Source: Camelus dromedarius (taxonomy: Eukaryota). From it: 64,000 nt of DNA. Below the pieces are notes generated by a model. It saw only the letters and a program-made list of their open reading frames with translations. It was not told where the DNA came from and made no database searches. The DNA lies in assembly GCF_036321535.1 (NCBI RefSeq), contig NC_087451.1, positions 42,532,001 through 42,596,000 on the forward strand, written 5' to 3'. A program made the position numbers and the translations under genes. Below, piece after piece: positions 47,001 through 64,000 of the stretch (positions within the stretch are counted from its first letter, which is position 1; each line of letters starts with the position of its first letter).

Positions 47001-50000
47001 CACTCCCCACCCACACCAACTGCCCTGAACCTGCCTATATCTGCTAACTGTAATGCCATTCTCCTACTCTCCTTGCTTTGAAATCCCAAAGCTGGCTTTT
47101 ATCCCTTACTCTTCTAACCCCATGTTTATCAGTCTTGATGTGTCTTCCTTCTTCACAGCTCTCCAAGCCATCATCATTTGTTTCCATTGACACCTCTCTC
47201 TTTCTCACAAAGATACTGCCGTAGTCTCCTATCAGGTCTCCCTCTTTCCCCCTTTTCTCCCTCCATATGGTCTGGTAAAATGCTATCAAATTAATCTTTA
47301 ATATCATCTCAGCATATAGCTTTAATAAAAGAATTTTCGATGACCACCCACTACCACAGGATAAAGTCTAAACTTCCAAATCTAACTATAAGGCTTTAAA
47401 AAATCAAATCCCAACATACTTTGTTTTATTTCCTATTATTCCCTTTAATGACCTCTCCACTCCCATGAAAATTATCAGTTCCCTGCTCTCAGGAGATGCT
47501 TTGCAGCTTCTGGTTCCTCAGACTAATCAAGCCTCTGATCTCTCTAGAAACACACTTATTTCTCTACCTGTGCAAATCTTTTGTTTCCTTTAAGGCTTAA
47601 GCTAAGGCCAAAATACATAACAAACATACTGATTACATACTGCACTGTGACATTTCTGGTGCTGTTCTGTAACTTTTCTTATGTTCACATATGTGTAAAT
47701 TCTGAGAAAAGGAACCATATCTTAGAGTACTTTATGTAAGTCATAATGCCTAACTTAGTGCTTTACAAATAAAAATTTAAAAGAAATTCCTCAGGGATGG
47801 ATATAGCTCAGTGGTATGCACAAGGTCCTGGGTTCAATCACCAGCACCTCCAATAAAGAAAAAAAAAGATTAATTCCTGAGAGGCAAATTGATATTGCCT
47901 TGGTAATGATATAGTATCCAGTGAGATTTTTTTTTTTTTTTTTTTTTTTTAGAATTATTTTTTAACAACTTGAGGACTACTTTATTCCTGAGGGCAAGAA
48001 AATACTAGGTGGTAGATACAGATTGCCTGAGCTTAGTAACAATGGAAAGGGCGGAACTCAGCTCTTAGGAACTACAGACAGGGCACTAGCCCTTCAAGTG
48101 TCTCCTAAAAGCAAATAACTCAGACATCAAAAGATATTACCAGCTCTACATACTCCCTCATAAACCCCTACAACTAAAGGTAAAAATTACAGAAAGGTCA
48201 TTTCCGGTTCAGATTGTTCTAAATGCTACCAAACTCACCTTTTATTTCAGGCCAGATTTTGTTCTTCCATTGATCTATACACACAATGATCATGGAGCTG
48301 AATGCAAGTAAAAACACAAGACGAAGGGATGTCAGTGCAAAGAACCTAAAGAGAAGGATAAACAGAAGATCATTATCCAATTAAGCTAATTTCAGAAAAA
48401 AACATGTGCACTAAAGTTTCTGTGGTAAATAGACTTAAGTCCTAGCTATACACCTTGGGAAAACCACCTAAACTTTCTAGACTTCAGCTATTTTACCCAT
48501 GGTTCAGAGACAGTAATTTGCTTCTGTAAAGGCAGAGGACTAAACCAAATAACCTCTCAAAGCTCCTTTCAACTTTCAAGTCTGTGATTCTATTCATTTT
48601 GGGGAGAAATTCATTACTATTAACAAGTTGTTAAAATGCAACCAAAATCTTTCTACCAAATTAGACCCTGGTATAGGACAACAAACTGACAGAGATGCAT
48701 TAAAGAGCATCTAATAAACAACAAGGTCCTACAGTATAGCACAGGGTACTACATTCAGTATCTTGTAATAAGTTATAATGAAAAAGGATATGAAAAAGAG
48801 TATGTATATGTGTTTGTATATATATCTGTATGACTGAATCACTATCCTGTACAATAGAAACTAACATAACATTGTAAATCAACTACCATTCAACTAAATA
48901 AATAAGCAAAAAAAAAAAAAAAAACCTGAAAAAAAAAAAAAGAGCATCTAATTCAATTAGACTTCCTTTTACAGATGAAGGAACTAAGGCTCAAAAAAGT
49001 AAAAAGACTTGGTCATAGTCACAGAAAGTGAGCACTGAAGCTACATCTGGAAGTCAATTCTGTAGAATTAACACCAAACCTTCTCAAACTCTTCCCAAAA
49101 AACTGAAGAACACTTCTTGATTCATTTAATGAGGGTAGCATTACTCTGATACCAAAGTCAGACAAAAACTCTACAGGAAAACTACAATATACCTTATGAA
49201 TATAGACACAAAAATCCCCAATAAAATATTATCAAAATGAATTCAGCAGCATATTAAAAGGATTATACAACATGATCAATTCTGGGATTTAATCCAGCAA
49301 TGCAATGGTGGTTCAACATAAAAAAAAATCAATTATAATGTATCATATTAATAGAATGAAGCAAGAGCTAGTTCTTATTTGAAAGAATCAATTATAAAGA
49401 GATATTTACAAAAAATCTGGGAAATCTGAACACTGACATTACATCTGAAGCTATTAAGGAATTACTGTTAATTTTTTGGGTGTGATGATGTTCCAAAAGT
49501 TATGTTTTTAAAAAGTATCTTTTAGAGATACATACTAAAATATTTATGAATGAAATGATACAATATCTGGGATTTGTGTCAAAATAACAGTTTGGCAAGT
49601 GAAAGGGTGTAAAAGAAGATGAAACAAGACTGACCATGAGCTGATAATTGCTGAAGCTGGATGATGAATGAGTACATAGGATTCTTTGTTATTCTCTCTA
49701 TGTATTTAAAAATCTTTCACAATAATTTTTTTTAAGTTATTTCTTATGAGTCTTCCTATCATACCACTCCAGCGCCTCTAGGGCAGCACCCTGCAGTGTC
49801 GGTGGTCCAGTGACTTTACCAGGCTGTGGGAAACTAGGTATAGAAATAGAAAGTAAGCCTTTAGAAGTTCTTATAGCAATCTGACCAAGTAATTTTGAAT
49901 ATAAGAATATATTTGGGCTTGTATTTTGTAGATCTTTTTAAACTTAATTTATCTAGTAACTCATTTATATTTTATTTTACAAAAGTATTGATTTGAAACA

Positions 50001-53000
50001 GACTGGGAAAACCAACACTAGTCTCTCACTGCAGATGATTCGAGAAACACTGTTCTAAGATCTAGCTGGAAGCCAAATGCATCACCAGAGAGGTGGTTTA
50101 GCAGGGCAGTGAGGTATAACGTTTAAAGTTAGATTGACTTGAGTTTATTTATTTGAACAGTCACTCTTAGTCGTGTGACCTTGAATAAATTAGCTTAACC
50201 TCTTTAAGCCTCAGTTTCTCCATCTATATGTGATGTTAACAACAACAAATCTTGCTGGATTGTTTGCAGGTATTAGAAACAATATACTTAAACACTTGTA
50301 AAAATATCATAGTTGATCTTGCTAAAAAGATGAAGAAAATACAAGGTAACTAATACATGCCTAACACATAGTTCTATTTAGTTTTAGGATGTAGAAAGGT
50401 TACTAGCTACCATCACAGCAACTGATCAAACAAGGGTAAGGATGACCAAAGGCTGGTTATAAATGACCTCTCCTCTTCTCAACTCAACACATGACCTAAT
50501 GACTTGACATATTCACAGAATGATACTAAGAGTATAATCTTTATATTAGAAAAAAGCTTTATCTGTGTGTACCTATGAATATATATATATGCATACAGAG
50601 GAACTTTTAATTTTGGTCTCCAGACGTTTTTGCACTGTTTTCAATAAACACGAATCCATGTTACATAATTTTTAAAACTATACAAAGCATGAGGGATGGA
50701 AGGAACCGAGAACTTAGAAATCCAATCACCAATGACAACTTTATTCCAATATTTCCACTCCATCACTTGAAGGATACTGTAATTATACATGAGATTAAGG
50801 AATGAAAGTAGTTTAACAGATATAAGCCTCCACAGCTGCCCTGGGCCATCAATCTTCTCTCCAAAACCATCCTAACAAACAAGGAAATCTAACAAGGCCA
50901 GGGATAAGGGCTCGAGAGCATTTTGCTCCCCAGTGCTGCTGCTTCCATGTCCCAGCAGCCAGATGTGGCATGTCTCTGTTTTCTCCAGAGTACTTGAAAG
51001 GGCTCTCTGGGGAGGCAATCCAGACTCTCTACAATCTCCACTTCCCAGATCATGATTACTACCACAAATATACATTGGGGTAGGGAAAGGATATTAAGCT
51101 CTCCTAAGAAAGGTCAGTTTTCCAAAGATGATGGCAATAAAAATACTGTTTCCCCAAGAGAGGACTATATTAGTAGCCTGTTATAGCCCCCACCTATGCT
51201 TCACCTCAATTAAACACACATTTTTTAATTGCCTATTATATGCTGAGGCCTTGTGGTAAGTAGCACAGTTATGGAAAAGGAGTAAAAACATGGACCTTAT
51301 TCTCAAGTGTATTAATGTCAGTATGTGTTTGTAATACAGCATGACAAGGTAATAACAAAGAGGACATCTAAGCCAGAATTTTAAAGACAAATGGTAAGGC
51401 AACAGGGCAAAAAGGTGTGGGGAAGGAGAGGACATTCAGATAGGGAGAACAGCCAGCTGGCATGACATATTTAGGGAACTACAAGTATTCTGACTGAACT
51501 GAAACATAAAGAACAGAGGGAGGGGATAGTACGGGGAGAGAGGCAGTAGTCAGATCATGAAGGGCCTTTTATGACAAAGGGCATTGGATTTTATCCTGCA
51601 GATGAAGGTGAATCAGCAAAGACTTTTACAAAGGGTGTATTTTCTGGGTTATGAAGGCTAAAACTCTGAGCATCTGCTTGAACAAAATTAATCCTGTCCA
51701 TAATTCAATTTTAGAGCCAAATATAGGATAACCTTTTCTTGAACAAGCCAATGCAGAAACTTAAGAGGAAGAAGAGTTTTTCAGTGTGGTGTACAATAAC
51801 TCTTGGGAAAACAGTTTCTTCCATATAGATTAAAACTTAATTAATGGAAAAATCACCTCTAACCACTAGAGTTGACCTCTTCAAGGTAACCAGACAATTA
51901 ATATCAACTATTATTAATTCCCATAGGGGTATGACCATCAACTATAAAAGAATATGGATAAGCATGTGCTCCTTTCCTTCAGCCCTCAATACTAAATTCC
52001 TAAACAAAAAGCGAGCATCAGACCGGTATGTTTGGGATATACTGAAGTCACATTACACCTATCATTTTATGGAGGTAACCTGGAAGCCTACCTATAAAAA
52101 AAAAAAAACAAAAAACTATGCAACCCTGTACAAGGACAAGACAAAACTGAAGATAAAGTACTTGTGAGACTCGTATAGATAAGCGATGAGGAAAAATAAA
52201 GGAGGATTCTCATTCAGTTTAGTCCTGCAAAGTCTATTCATGCAGGCCAAAAAATTCACATGCATATGTAAGTGTGCAAGTTTGATAAGACAACACGCAA
52301 AACATTTTTCAGCAACTATAATCAGCGTGAGAACTTCCTAACTGAGCAAAAACAACTACAAATGCAGTCAACTCTGGATACTATTCATATGTGAATTCTC
52401 TGTGTATTGCCCACAGCCCATTACTCCTTCTACCCACTGTCAGCTCACAAGAGGTTTTTCCTTAATGATATTTATTTTTCTTATTTCTAAAGGCAAGCAT
52501 GTTTATTGGGGAAAGTTTAGAAAATATAATAATTGAGGAAGAAAATAAAAACAAAATTAGTACACTATCACCAGTATAAAAGTCTTGCCCCGCCTCCCCC
52601 AAATTTTTTTTTTTTAACCTGAATCTGTCCAAGCCTCTAGATCCAACTACCAGTTCACAGGAAATACACAGAGGAGCACAGGGGAATGGGTTAAGCCACA
52701 GGGATATAATCAGCAAAATCCAATCTTTTGGACACTTTACAGGACATACTGGTTTCTTCAACAAATAAATTACAAGGAGGAAAAGGACTGAAAGGGAATC
52801 AACAAAGTAAGAGAGATGTAGAAAGAAAAAACAGAACAATTGGTCACAATATGTGGACTTAATTTGGCTCCTAACCCAAATGAACTGTTTAAAAACACAA
52901 AGTGACATTTATGAGAAAACTGGAAATCTGAACACTGGCTGGAAACATTAATTTTTACATGTTATAATGGTAGTGATTTTTTTTTTAATTTTTATTTATT

Positions 53001-56000
53001 ATTTGTATTCTTTTTGGAGGGGGAGGTAATTAGGTTTATTTATTTCTTTTTTAATGGAGATACTGGGGATTGAACTCAGGGCCTATGCATGCTAATAAGC
53101 AGGCGCTCTACCACTGAACTATACCCTCCCCCTCCGGTAGTGATAATTTACTAAAGTCTTTATTTTTCAGAGTCACATACTGAAAAACTTACAAATTAAA
53201 TGATGTGACATCTAGGATTTGCCTCAAAACAAGAAAGGAGGAGGTGAAAAAGAACTGGGTATAGAAGACACAAAACTGGCCATGAATTGAATATTTTTAA
53301 AGCTGGGTACATGGTGATACATAATATTATTCTGTCTTACATAAATGTTTTAAATTCTCCATAGTAAAATGTTTAAAAAATAACCCTTCATCCACATACA
53401 TACCCCAAAATGTTTTTTTTAAATTCACATATAAAAACTCCATGGAAGTATATAGCATAACTTGTTTAAAAACCTCCTCATTCCTTTAACAATACATAGA
53501 TACATTCTCCTTTATCACCAGAAAAGCATCCAAAACTTTAATATGATTACATCATGCATAGATACAATTAGTGTTTTAAACTTGTCCCTAATCGAACTAA
53601 GATGTTTCCAATTTTTGATGTAATAAAGAAGCTGAACTATATATCACTGAGCATAAATCTTTGACTTTACTTACAGTTAACTAAATGGAAGTACTAGCTA
53701 GTACTAGTACCTTTTTTTGGTAACAGCATTATTGTGATGCAGTTTGCACACCATAAAATTTACCCTTTTAAACTATCTAATTCAATGGTTTTTACTATAT
53801 TCAGAGTTGTGTAACCATCACCATTATCTAATTTAAAACATTTCATCACCCTCAAAAGAAACCTCCCCATTTCTCCCAGCCTCTGAAAAGGCAATAATTT
53901 TTTAAGTATCTTAAAACGTGTTGCCAGATTACTTTCCAGCCAGGCTATCAAATTTACATTCCTATCAACCAAACAGCAGTTTTTCCATATTTTGCCCAGA
54001 ATAAACTACTACCATTTTTAAAAGCCTAACAAGCAGAAATTAGCAACTCACTGCCATTTATATTAGATTTTTGTATTACTAATGAGTAAAAATTTATATA
54101 TCCATTGATTTATTATTTTTTGGCTTTTTTGTCCTTTTATAAATTACCCATTCCCTTTATTAGGGGCTAAAATCCAATTAATTATCAGTCTAAATAAAAC
54201 ATTCCTTAGAAAAACAGTCTGGTGTCCAGAAAAATCATGAGAAATTACAAAAATAAACAACTCTTTGGGGTTAACTATACCATGGATCCTCATCATTAGC
54301 ACAGGTAAATTAAAGTTTGCTGTAATCATACATGAAATAAAGATCACATGTCTCTTTTCAAAGAATACACTATTTCTGGGTTCCTTTGTTATTACAGAGT
54401 AAGCCTGTCTCAGTGGCACTTCAGAACAAAGCATCCCATCCTACAGGGATAGAAAGCCCATTATTGTACAGCACTTGTGGCTGCTGGTTAATGAGCCAGT
54501 CACTGGTAAATTAGAATGAAAAAAAAAAAAAATTAACCAGACCTATATCATGTAGTAGTAGTTGTTGCTTGCACAAAACCATAAACCAAACCAGCTAGCT
54601 GCAAATGACCTACGCTACATTAATGGGCAGAAAGCACCCAACCTTACAATTAGAATCGATAAAAACTGATTACAAAACAGAGGCAAAAAAAAGGAAGCCA
54701 AGGCATCTCTGCGAGTCTTCCTGGCTACCAAAAGCAACAAGATCTCTCCAAAGACTATCATCAGAAACATTTGCTCAATAGATTTCATCTGAAATTTGAT
54801 GTGTAGATTTTTCTTCACAGAACAAATGTCTTATTTTAAATAGGCCCTCCCTTCCATTTCCTATTTCCATTGTTTTTACTCAAATTCTAATCTTTTAAAT
54901 CAGAACTGCTGTATACCTTTAATGCCTTTTTGGGTCATTTTTTTAATGGGCAGGGGCGGAGAGAGGAAATAAATTTGCAAATTTTTCAATTGTGAAAACA
55001 ATAGATTCCGTAATATCCCCTAGAACATAGTATGGTTAACTCAGACTAGTGACTGTAAAAGCAGATCCCAACAGAGATCTCTTAACAAAAAAAAAAAAAC
55101 AGGTTATGGAGTATTCTAAATCAATATTCCTAATTTAAAGACCACCTAGAGTCACAGAATGTTAAGAACTGGAAAGGAGCTCAGCAGTCATCATCTAGCC
55201 CTCCTTGCACCATGTGCTCTTCATAGAAGGAGTAGGAGCTCAGAGATCACACATGTTTCCGGGGCTCCTTTGTCCTCCCCTTAACTCTTAGGTATGGGTC
55301 CAACCAGAAAGTTACTAGAACTTGCTCTTTTCTGATCCTGTCAGGATACACTCTTGCTGACTCATACTCTTCCCCCAGATCAGTCACTTACAGGTGGTGC
55401 TGAGGCTAATGAAAATACAGGTGACTGGTAAGGAAGGCCTGACATTTCCGTTATTATACTGGAGAAAATAACTTATCAGTGACCAGAAGCAATACAGGCT
55501 GGAAGATCTCCGATATGATCACTATAATTTTCCTGGAACCTGAAAATAAGAGTGAAAGTCTTGAAATGCTCTAGTAACAAGGCATCCACATCTACCCCTA
55601 TCTTTTATGTTCTTTTTAAAATTAAGATGTCAGAGGGCACATTCACAGATACAGAAAAACCTCAACTGAGAAGATAAAACATTGAAAATTAAGTGCTACC
55701 TACCTGAATTGATGATTTGTTTGTACTCCTATCCAGTCTTCTAATACCTCAAAATGTATAAAACACCTCAGTTAATGACGTATCATTAATCAAAACAATG
55801 AAGGAAAAATAAAATATTCCAGATTTGACTTCTCTCTGACTTGAGCCAACAATCCTCCTGCGTTTCCTAAATAAAGTCTGAGAACTAAACAGTCACTCTT
55901 TGACATTCCTAAGCAAAACGTCAACACCCATATTCAATGTGATGTTACTGGTATGTGAAGTCTTATTTTGAACCTCAACCCACGTTCCAAGGAAGCTCAT

Positions 56001-58336
56001 TTCCTAAAACAATCCTGTGAACTCCAATGCCAAACTACCCTGGCCTCTAGAGCCTTAACACTATCAGTCATTCTGAACCCTTCACAGGTAAGAGTCCTCT
56101 CCATAAACGACATACCCAATTGCTCTGTCGCTCTCAAGAGTCACACCCTCATTTTGCTACATCTCTCCCCCACCTACTTAGAGCCTGATGGGAATGTAAC
56201 AAGAGGAACTGCCTTCTGGATACTCAGCAGGCAGGCTACCAGGAAATGCCAGAGATAAAGACCAATCACAACAATGCTTTAAGAGACTCAAGAGTAGGAA
56301 AAGGGGATCTGAGTGAGATTCTAAACATAGTATATTAGTAACTTAAGTATACACTATCAGAGGCCAGCAAATTAAAGGTAACTAACATTTAAAGATGTCT
56401 CAGAACAGCTCCTTCTGTGCAGACTTCAACCCCACATTCAACTTCAAAAATCTCTCAGGCAAGAGGCACGTGTAAAGTCCTCTCCTCAAAGGTAACAACA
56501 TACAAGCTACTGATCTATTTGCATTAATAAACCCTTGGTTTATCAGGATTCATTTAAATCCTGATAAAGTTTTTATATATCGGTCAGTCACACTTTGATA
56601 CAAACTGGTTTAATGAGGATCAACTTTTTTTCCAAGGAGTACAATTCCAATGTAGGAAATGAAGTTTGATTAAATGGTCTGGGGTTAAGATTGGGATGGG
56701 GAGGCTGAGAGTAAAGGAAGAAAAGGTCATTTTGGAAAATGCTCCAGAATGAGGTGTAACAATTAAGGGTTTTTGACAAAGAGCAACAGGAGGGAGGCAG
56801 GTACCAGGGGATCAAGGAAGAAGCACTACCAAAAATAAATGAAAAATGTAGGAAAAGCTTATCATCAAGTTTCCCTAAGATTTTATAAGCAACAAATGCC
56901 AGAGACTGCTGTGACACCTTTATCCTGGGTCTCCTTTCAACTGTCAGAGGATTGATGTAATAGCTGGATATTAGGTGTTCCTGTCAATGAGCTTGGAATT
57001 GTTTGTTTTGCTCTAGCTCACTGGAAAATCTTCTTCAGACAAAGGATAACAAATGTTTTGGTTTTAAAACCAAGAATTTCAAAAGGAAAACCATTTTTAG
57101 GAAAAACTTTTTTGGGGGAACGATACACTTCGCTCTGTTTCAGGCTTATTCAGAAATGCTTTATTTCATTCCACTGTAGAAGCCCTCCTACACTTCGGTC
57201 CCTTGGAATTTGATCAGTAACATGTCCCTAGTTATGAATAAATTCAAACTATGCTTGGCAGATCCTCTGAAGACCTAAGACCTCTTAAGGTGATGGTAAC
57301 TGAGAGGAGAAGCAGTTCCATTTTCAAAGAGCATGACACAAACAGATTCTACAGCATATTTATAGCTTTCCAGCTCAGGAAAACTCACACGCACTATTAA
57401 TCACCCTCAATTTCCCTGCCTATAAACGTAGCTAAAGAATGCCTCCCTAATTCCTCGAACAGGGAGGAGTTGCCATCATAAGTGGCTTTGAAACGTGTGA
57501 AATCTCACAATCACTATTTCCTAACTGTTCTTTAAAAGCGTATAATTTTCTTTCAAGTTACAGCTACGGAGTCTCTCACTGACGCAGACTTCACAAAGTT
57601 CCCTGAGTGGGAGAAAGGATGTCTAACATGCTAATTCAGATTGCTCAAGCTTTCCTTATCACACCTATGGATACCTATTCAAGATCTCACGCCTCACGCA
57701 TCTAGCCCAAAAATAACTACTAAAATCTCTGGAGACAGTCTTCAAACCACATTTGAGCAGGCAAGAGGAGGAGGTGATGGCCCTAAAAGGGCACAGCTTC
57801 CCCTGGCTAAAGTGAGGCGCCCTCGCTCACTGCGAACAGCTCAGGATGTTACTAGAAACTCCTGCCAGATGTGCGGGGCGAGGATGCGGGAGCAGGTAAA
57901 GCAGGGAAGACAACTGGAAGGCATAACTGCGGTGCCAAAGCCGCAGGCGGGACGGAGTGGAAGGAGGTGAGGCAGAATTAGGCAGGTACAGGAAGGAGCC
58001 AGTGCAGCGAAGAAAACAGGGGAGGCGAGAGATAGAGCCCTAGAGAAACCTGANNNNNNNNNNNNNNNNNNNNNNNNNNNNNNNNNNNNNNNNNNNNNNN
58101 NNNNNNNNNNNNNNNNNNNNNNNNNNNNNNNNNNNNNNNNNNNNNNNNNNNNNNNNNNNNNNNNNNNNNNNNNNNNNNNNNNNNNNNNNNNNNNNNNNNN
58201 NNNNNNNNNNNNNNNNNNNNNNNNNNNNNNNNNNNNNNNNNNNNNNNNNNNNNNNNNNNNNNNNNNNNNNNNNGCCCCTGAAAGTCGGCCCCAAAGCAGG
58301 GCCTGGGGCCACGGCCACCCCCTCTGCCTCCGCCAT
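41081..58336 (-). CDS. RETREG3: Reticulophagy regulator 3 (FAM134C), ER-phagy receptor, ~466 aa
   Basis: Exons (-) 58336-~58098 (mostly in N-run), 48345-48239, 46420-46390, exon 4 inferred in N-run 45334-45521, 44680-44596, exon 6 inferred in N-run 43776-43923, 42742-42660, 42046-41914 and 41538-41081. Starts MAEAEG; reticulon-like hydrophobic segments; LIR motif DDFELL (41149-41132). Confidence 0.94.
47794..47868 (+). mobile_element. tRNA-derived SINE, internally deleted
   Basis: TATAGCTCAGTGGTATGCACAAGGTCCTGGGTTCAATC plus A tail; lacks the central part of the family consensus. Confidence 0.7.
48716..48938 (+). mobile_element. Short 5'-truncated LINE-1 insertion with 14-bp TSD
   Basis: L1 3'UTR plus poly(A), flanked by AAAGAGCATCTAAT at 48702-48715 and 48939-48952. 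Confidence 0.85.
49040..49740 (+). mobile_element. Old LINE-1 (L1M) fragments
   Basis: ORF2-like CATTTAATGAGGGTAGCATTACTCTGATACCAAAGTCAGACAAA followed by L1ME/MC-type 3'UTR. Confidence 0.65.
52978..53135 (-). mobile_element. tRNA-derived SINE (camelid-type) with 9-bp TSD
   Basis: Family sequence on the minus strand; GGTAGTGAT at 52969-52977 and 53136-53144; inserted into an older L1 fragment (~52650-53370). Confidence 0.85.
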
Positions 58337-58720
58337 CTCCCCCCGGCAGCCACAACATCCGGGGCCACGGCCCGATAGTCACAATAACACCAACTGCGCA
58401 GGTGCGCGATTTGGCGGGGGAGGCCGCTTCCCTCCACCGCGCGCCTGCGCGCAGGCTGTAGCTCGCGTCCACTCAGAGAAAAGAACGCTGCGTCAAAGTA
58501 CGTCCCTGGTGCCGAGCCCAATCCGGAGAGGCGCACGCGCAGTCTGCGTGACTGAAGCCAAAGGAATAAGGAAGTGCCATCCCAAGAACTCAGTTCTCAT
58601 TGGAGCGGAGAAAGTTCGTGGGCGGAATGGGTTGTTTGGCGCCTGCGTCGCGCGGCTAGCTGGCTGGCGAGCGGCGGCTTTCCTGGCGGGAGCGGCTGCA
58701 ACGCCCGTGCTTCAGGAGCG
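58337..58720. promoter_or_regulatory. Bidirectional CpG-island promoter of RETREG3 and TUBG1
   Basis: Divergent start codons separated by 384 bp; E2F TTTGGCGG (58410) and TTTGGCGC (58635), NRF1-like GCGCCTGCGC (58441), CCAAT (58518, 58599). Confidence 0.8.
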
Positions 58721-63162
<4,442 letters not shown>

Positions 63163-63340
63163 GTCCCCCAGAACAGGGACCCTCATCTGCCTTACTGGTT
63201 GTCCCAGGTCCTGCCTGACTAACCACCCACTCAGAGTACAGATCAGGGACCTCGTACCTCTTTCTTATAAACACACACACAGTAGTCTCTTTTGTCCTGG
63301 GGACATACTTACTTCTCCTCTTACGAGACTATTTATGTTT

Positions 63341-63346
63341 AATAAA
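63341..63346 (+). terminator. TUBG1 polyadenylation signal
   Basis: AATAAA 179 nt after the stop. Confidence 0.8.
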
Positions 63347-64000
63347 GCACTGGATATAAATCAAGTCACTGGTCTCTTTGAAGGCTTGGAGAACTGGGGG
63401 CAGGGGGTGCCTGTTCTTCATCATTCCGACAGGGTCTTCCTCTACTTCCAATACCTTCAACTCTAAGCAAGCAGCCTCCCCCAGCTTTTCCCTCTCCTGC
63501 CTAGTATTGGAGAACATGGGTGGGGTTGACCCTGAGACATTCCTTTCCAGGGCAGAGAGGTCCACAAATGCTACCTTGTTCTCTATCTCACACTCTGGGT
63601 CCCAGTCCCCTCCCACTCTTCCCTATATAGGTGACCATTCCACCAGTTTCACTTTCCCACATTAGTGTCCTGCTGGTCATCATGGCAAAAGGCCTGAGGC
63701 TACCACCCCCACCACCAAGCCCCAGACAAGCAATACAGTCAGCCCACATGCCTTTCATCTTCCTGCACTGGGGGCAGTGCCAGATATCCAATCCTGGAGA
63801 GCCCTGGTCAGGCAGCTGGAGTCTAGGACAGTCAAATCAGGAGATCAAAACCAAAGCCTAGACTGTAGGCAAGGCCAAAAGTGAGCCCATACCTAAGGCA
63901 CCATAATTCTGTTCTCAGGTGATCTCCAGTTAAGTCAAAGGCCAGTGTCTTCTACTTCTGGTACAAGATTGCAGAGAGGAAGTAATACATAGTGGCCTAA

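Noticed and set aside
54615-54818. Hydrophobic 67-aa ORF in RETREG3 intron 1 as a membrane microprotein or retrogene
   Set aside because: No recognisable homology, poly(A) tail, TSD or exon signals; T-rich strands often give hydrophobic ORFs. A tblastn hit would reopen it.

Overview
Mammalian genomic DNA, syntenic with human 17q21.2. The only young SINE seen is a tRNA-derived family resembling camelid SINEs, so a camel, llama or alpaca is likely. Seven intron-containing genes are supported by splice sites and recognisable proteins: NAGLU(+), HSD17B1(+), COASY(+), MLX(+), PSMC3IP/HOP2(-), RETREG3/FAM134C(-) and TUBG1(+). Between them lie a solo ERV1-type LTR, a dead ERV-L provirus, L1/L2/MIR fragments, DNA-transposon relics and SINEs. 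I found no convincing new biological system; this is a conserved housekeeping block. The best leads are a Cys-to-Tyr change at a NAGLU disulfide position, a 5x18-nt coding repeat in the HSD17B1 tail, a candidate poison exon in RETREG3, orphan exon candidates upstream of NAGLU, and eight N-runs that sit on coding exons and all have lengths divisible by 4 (probably a technical masking artefact). Comparisons with human genes rely on my recall of those sequences, not on a database search.
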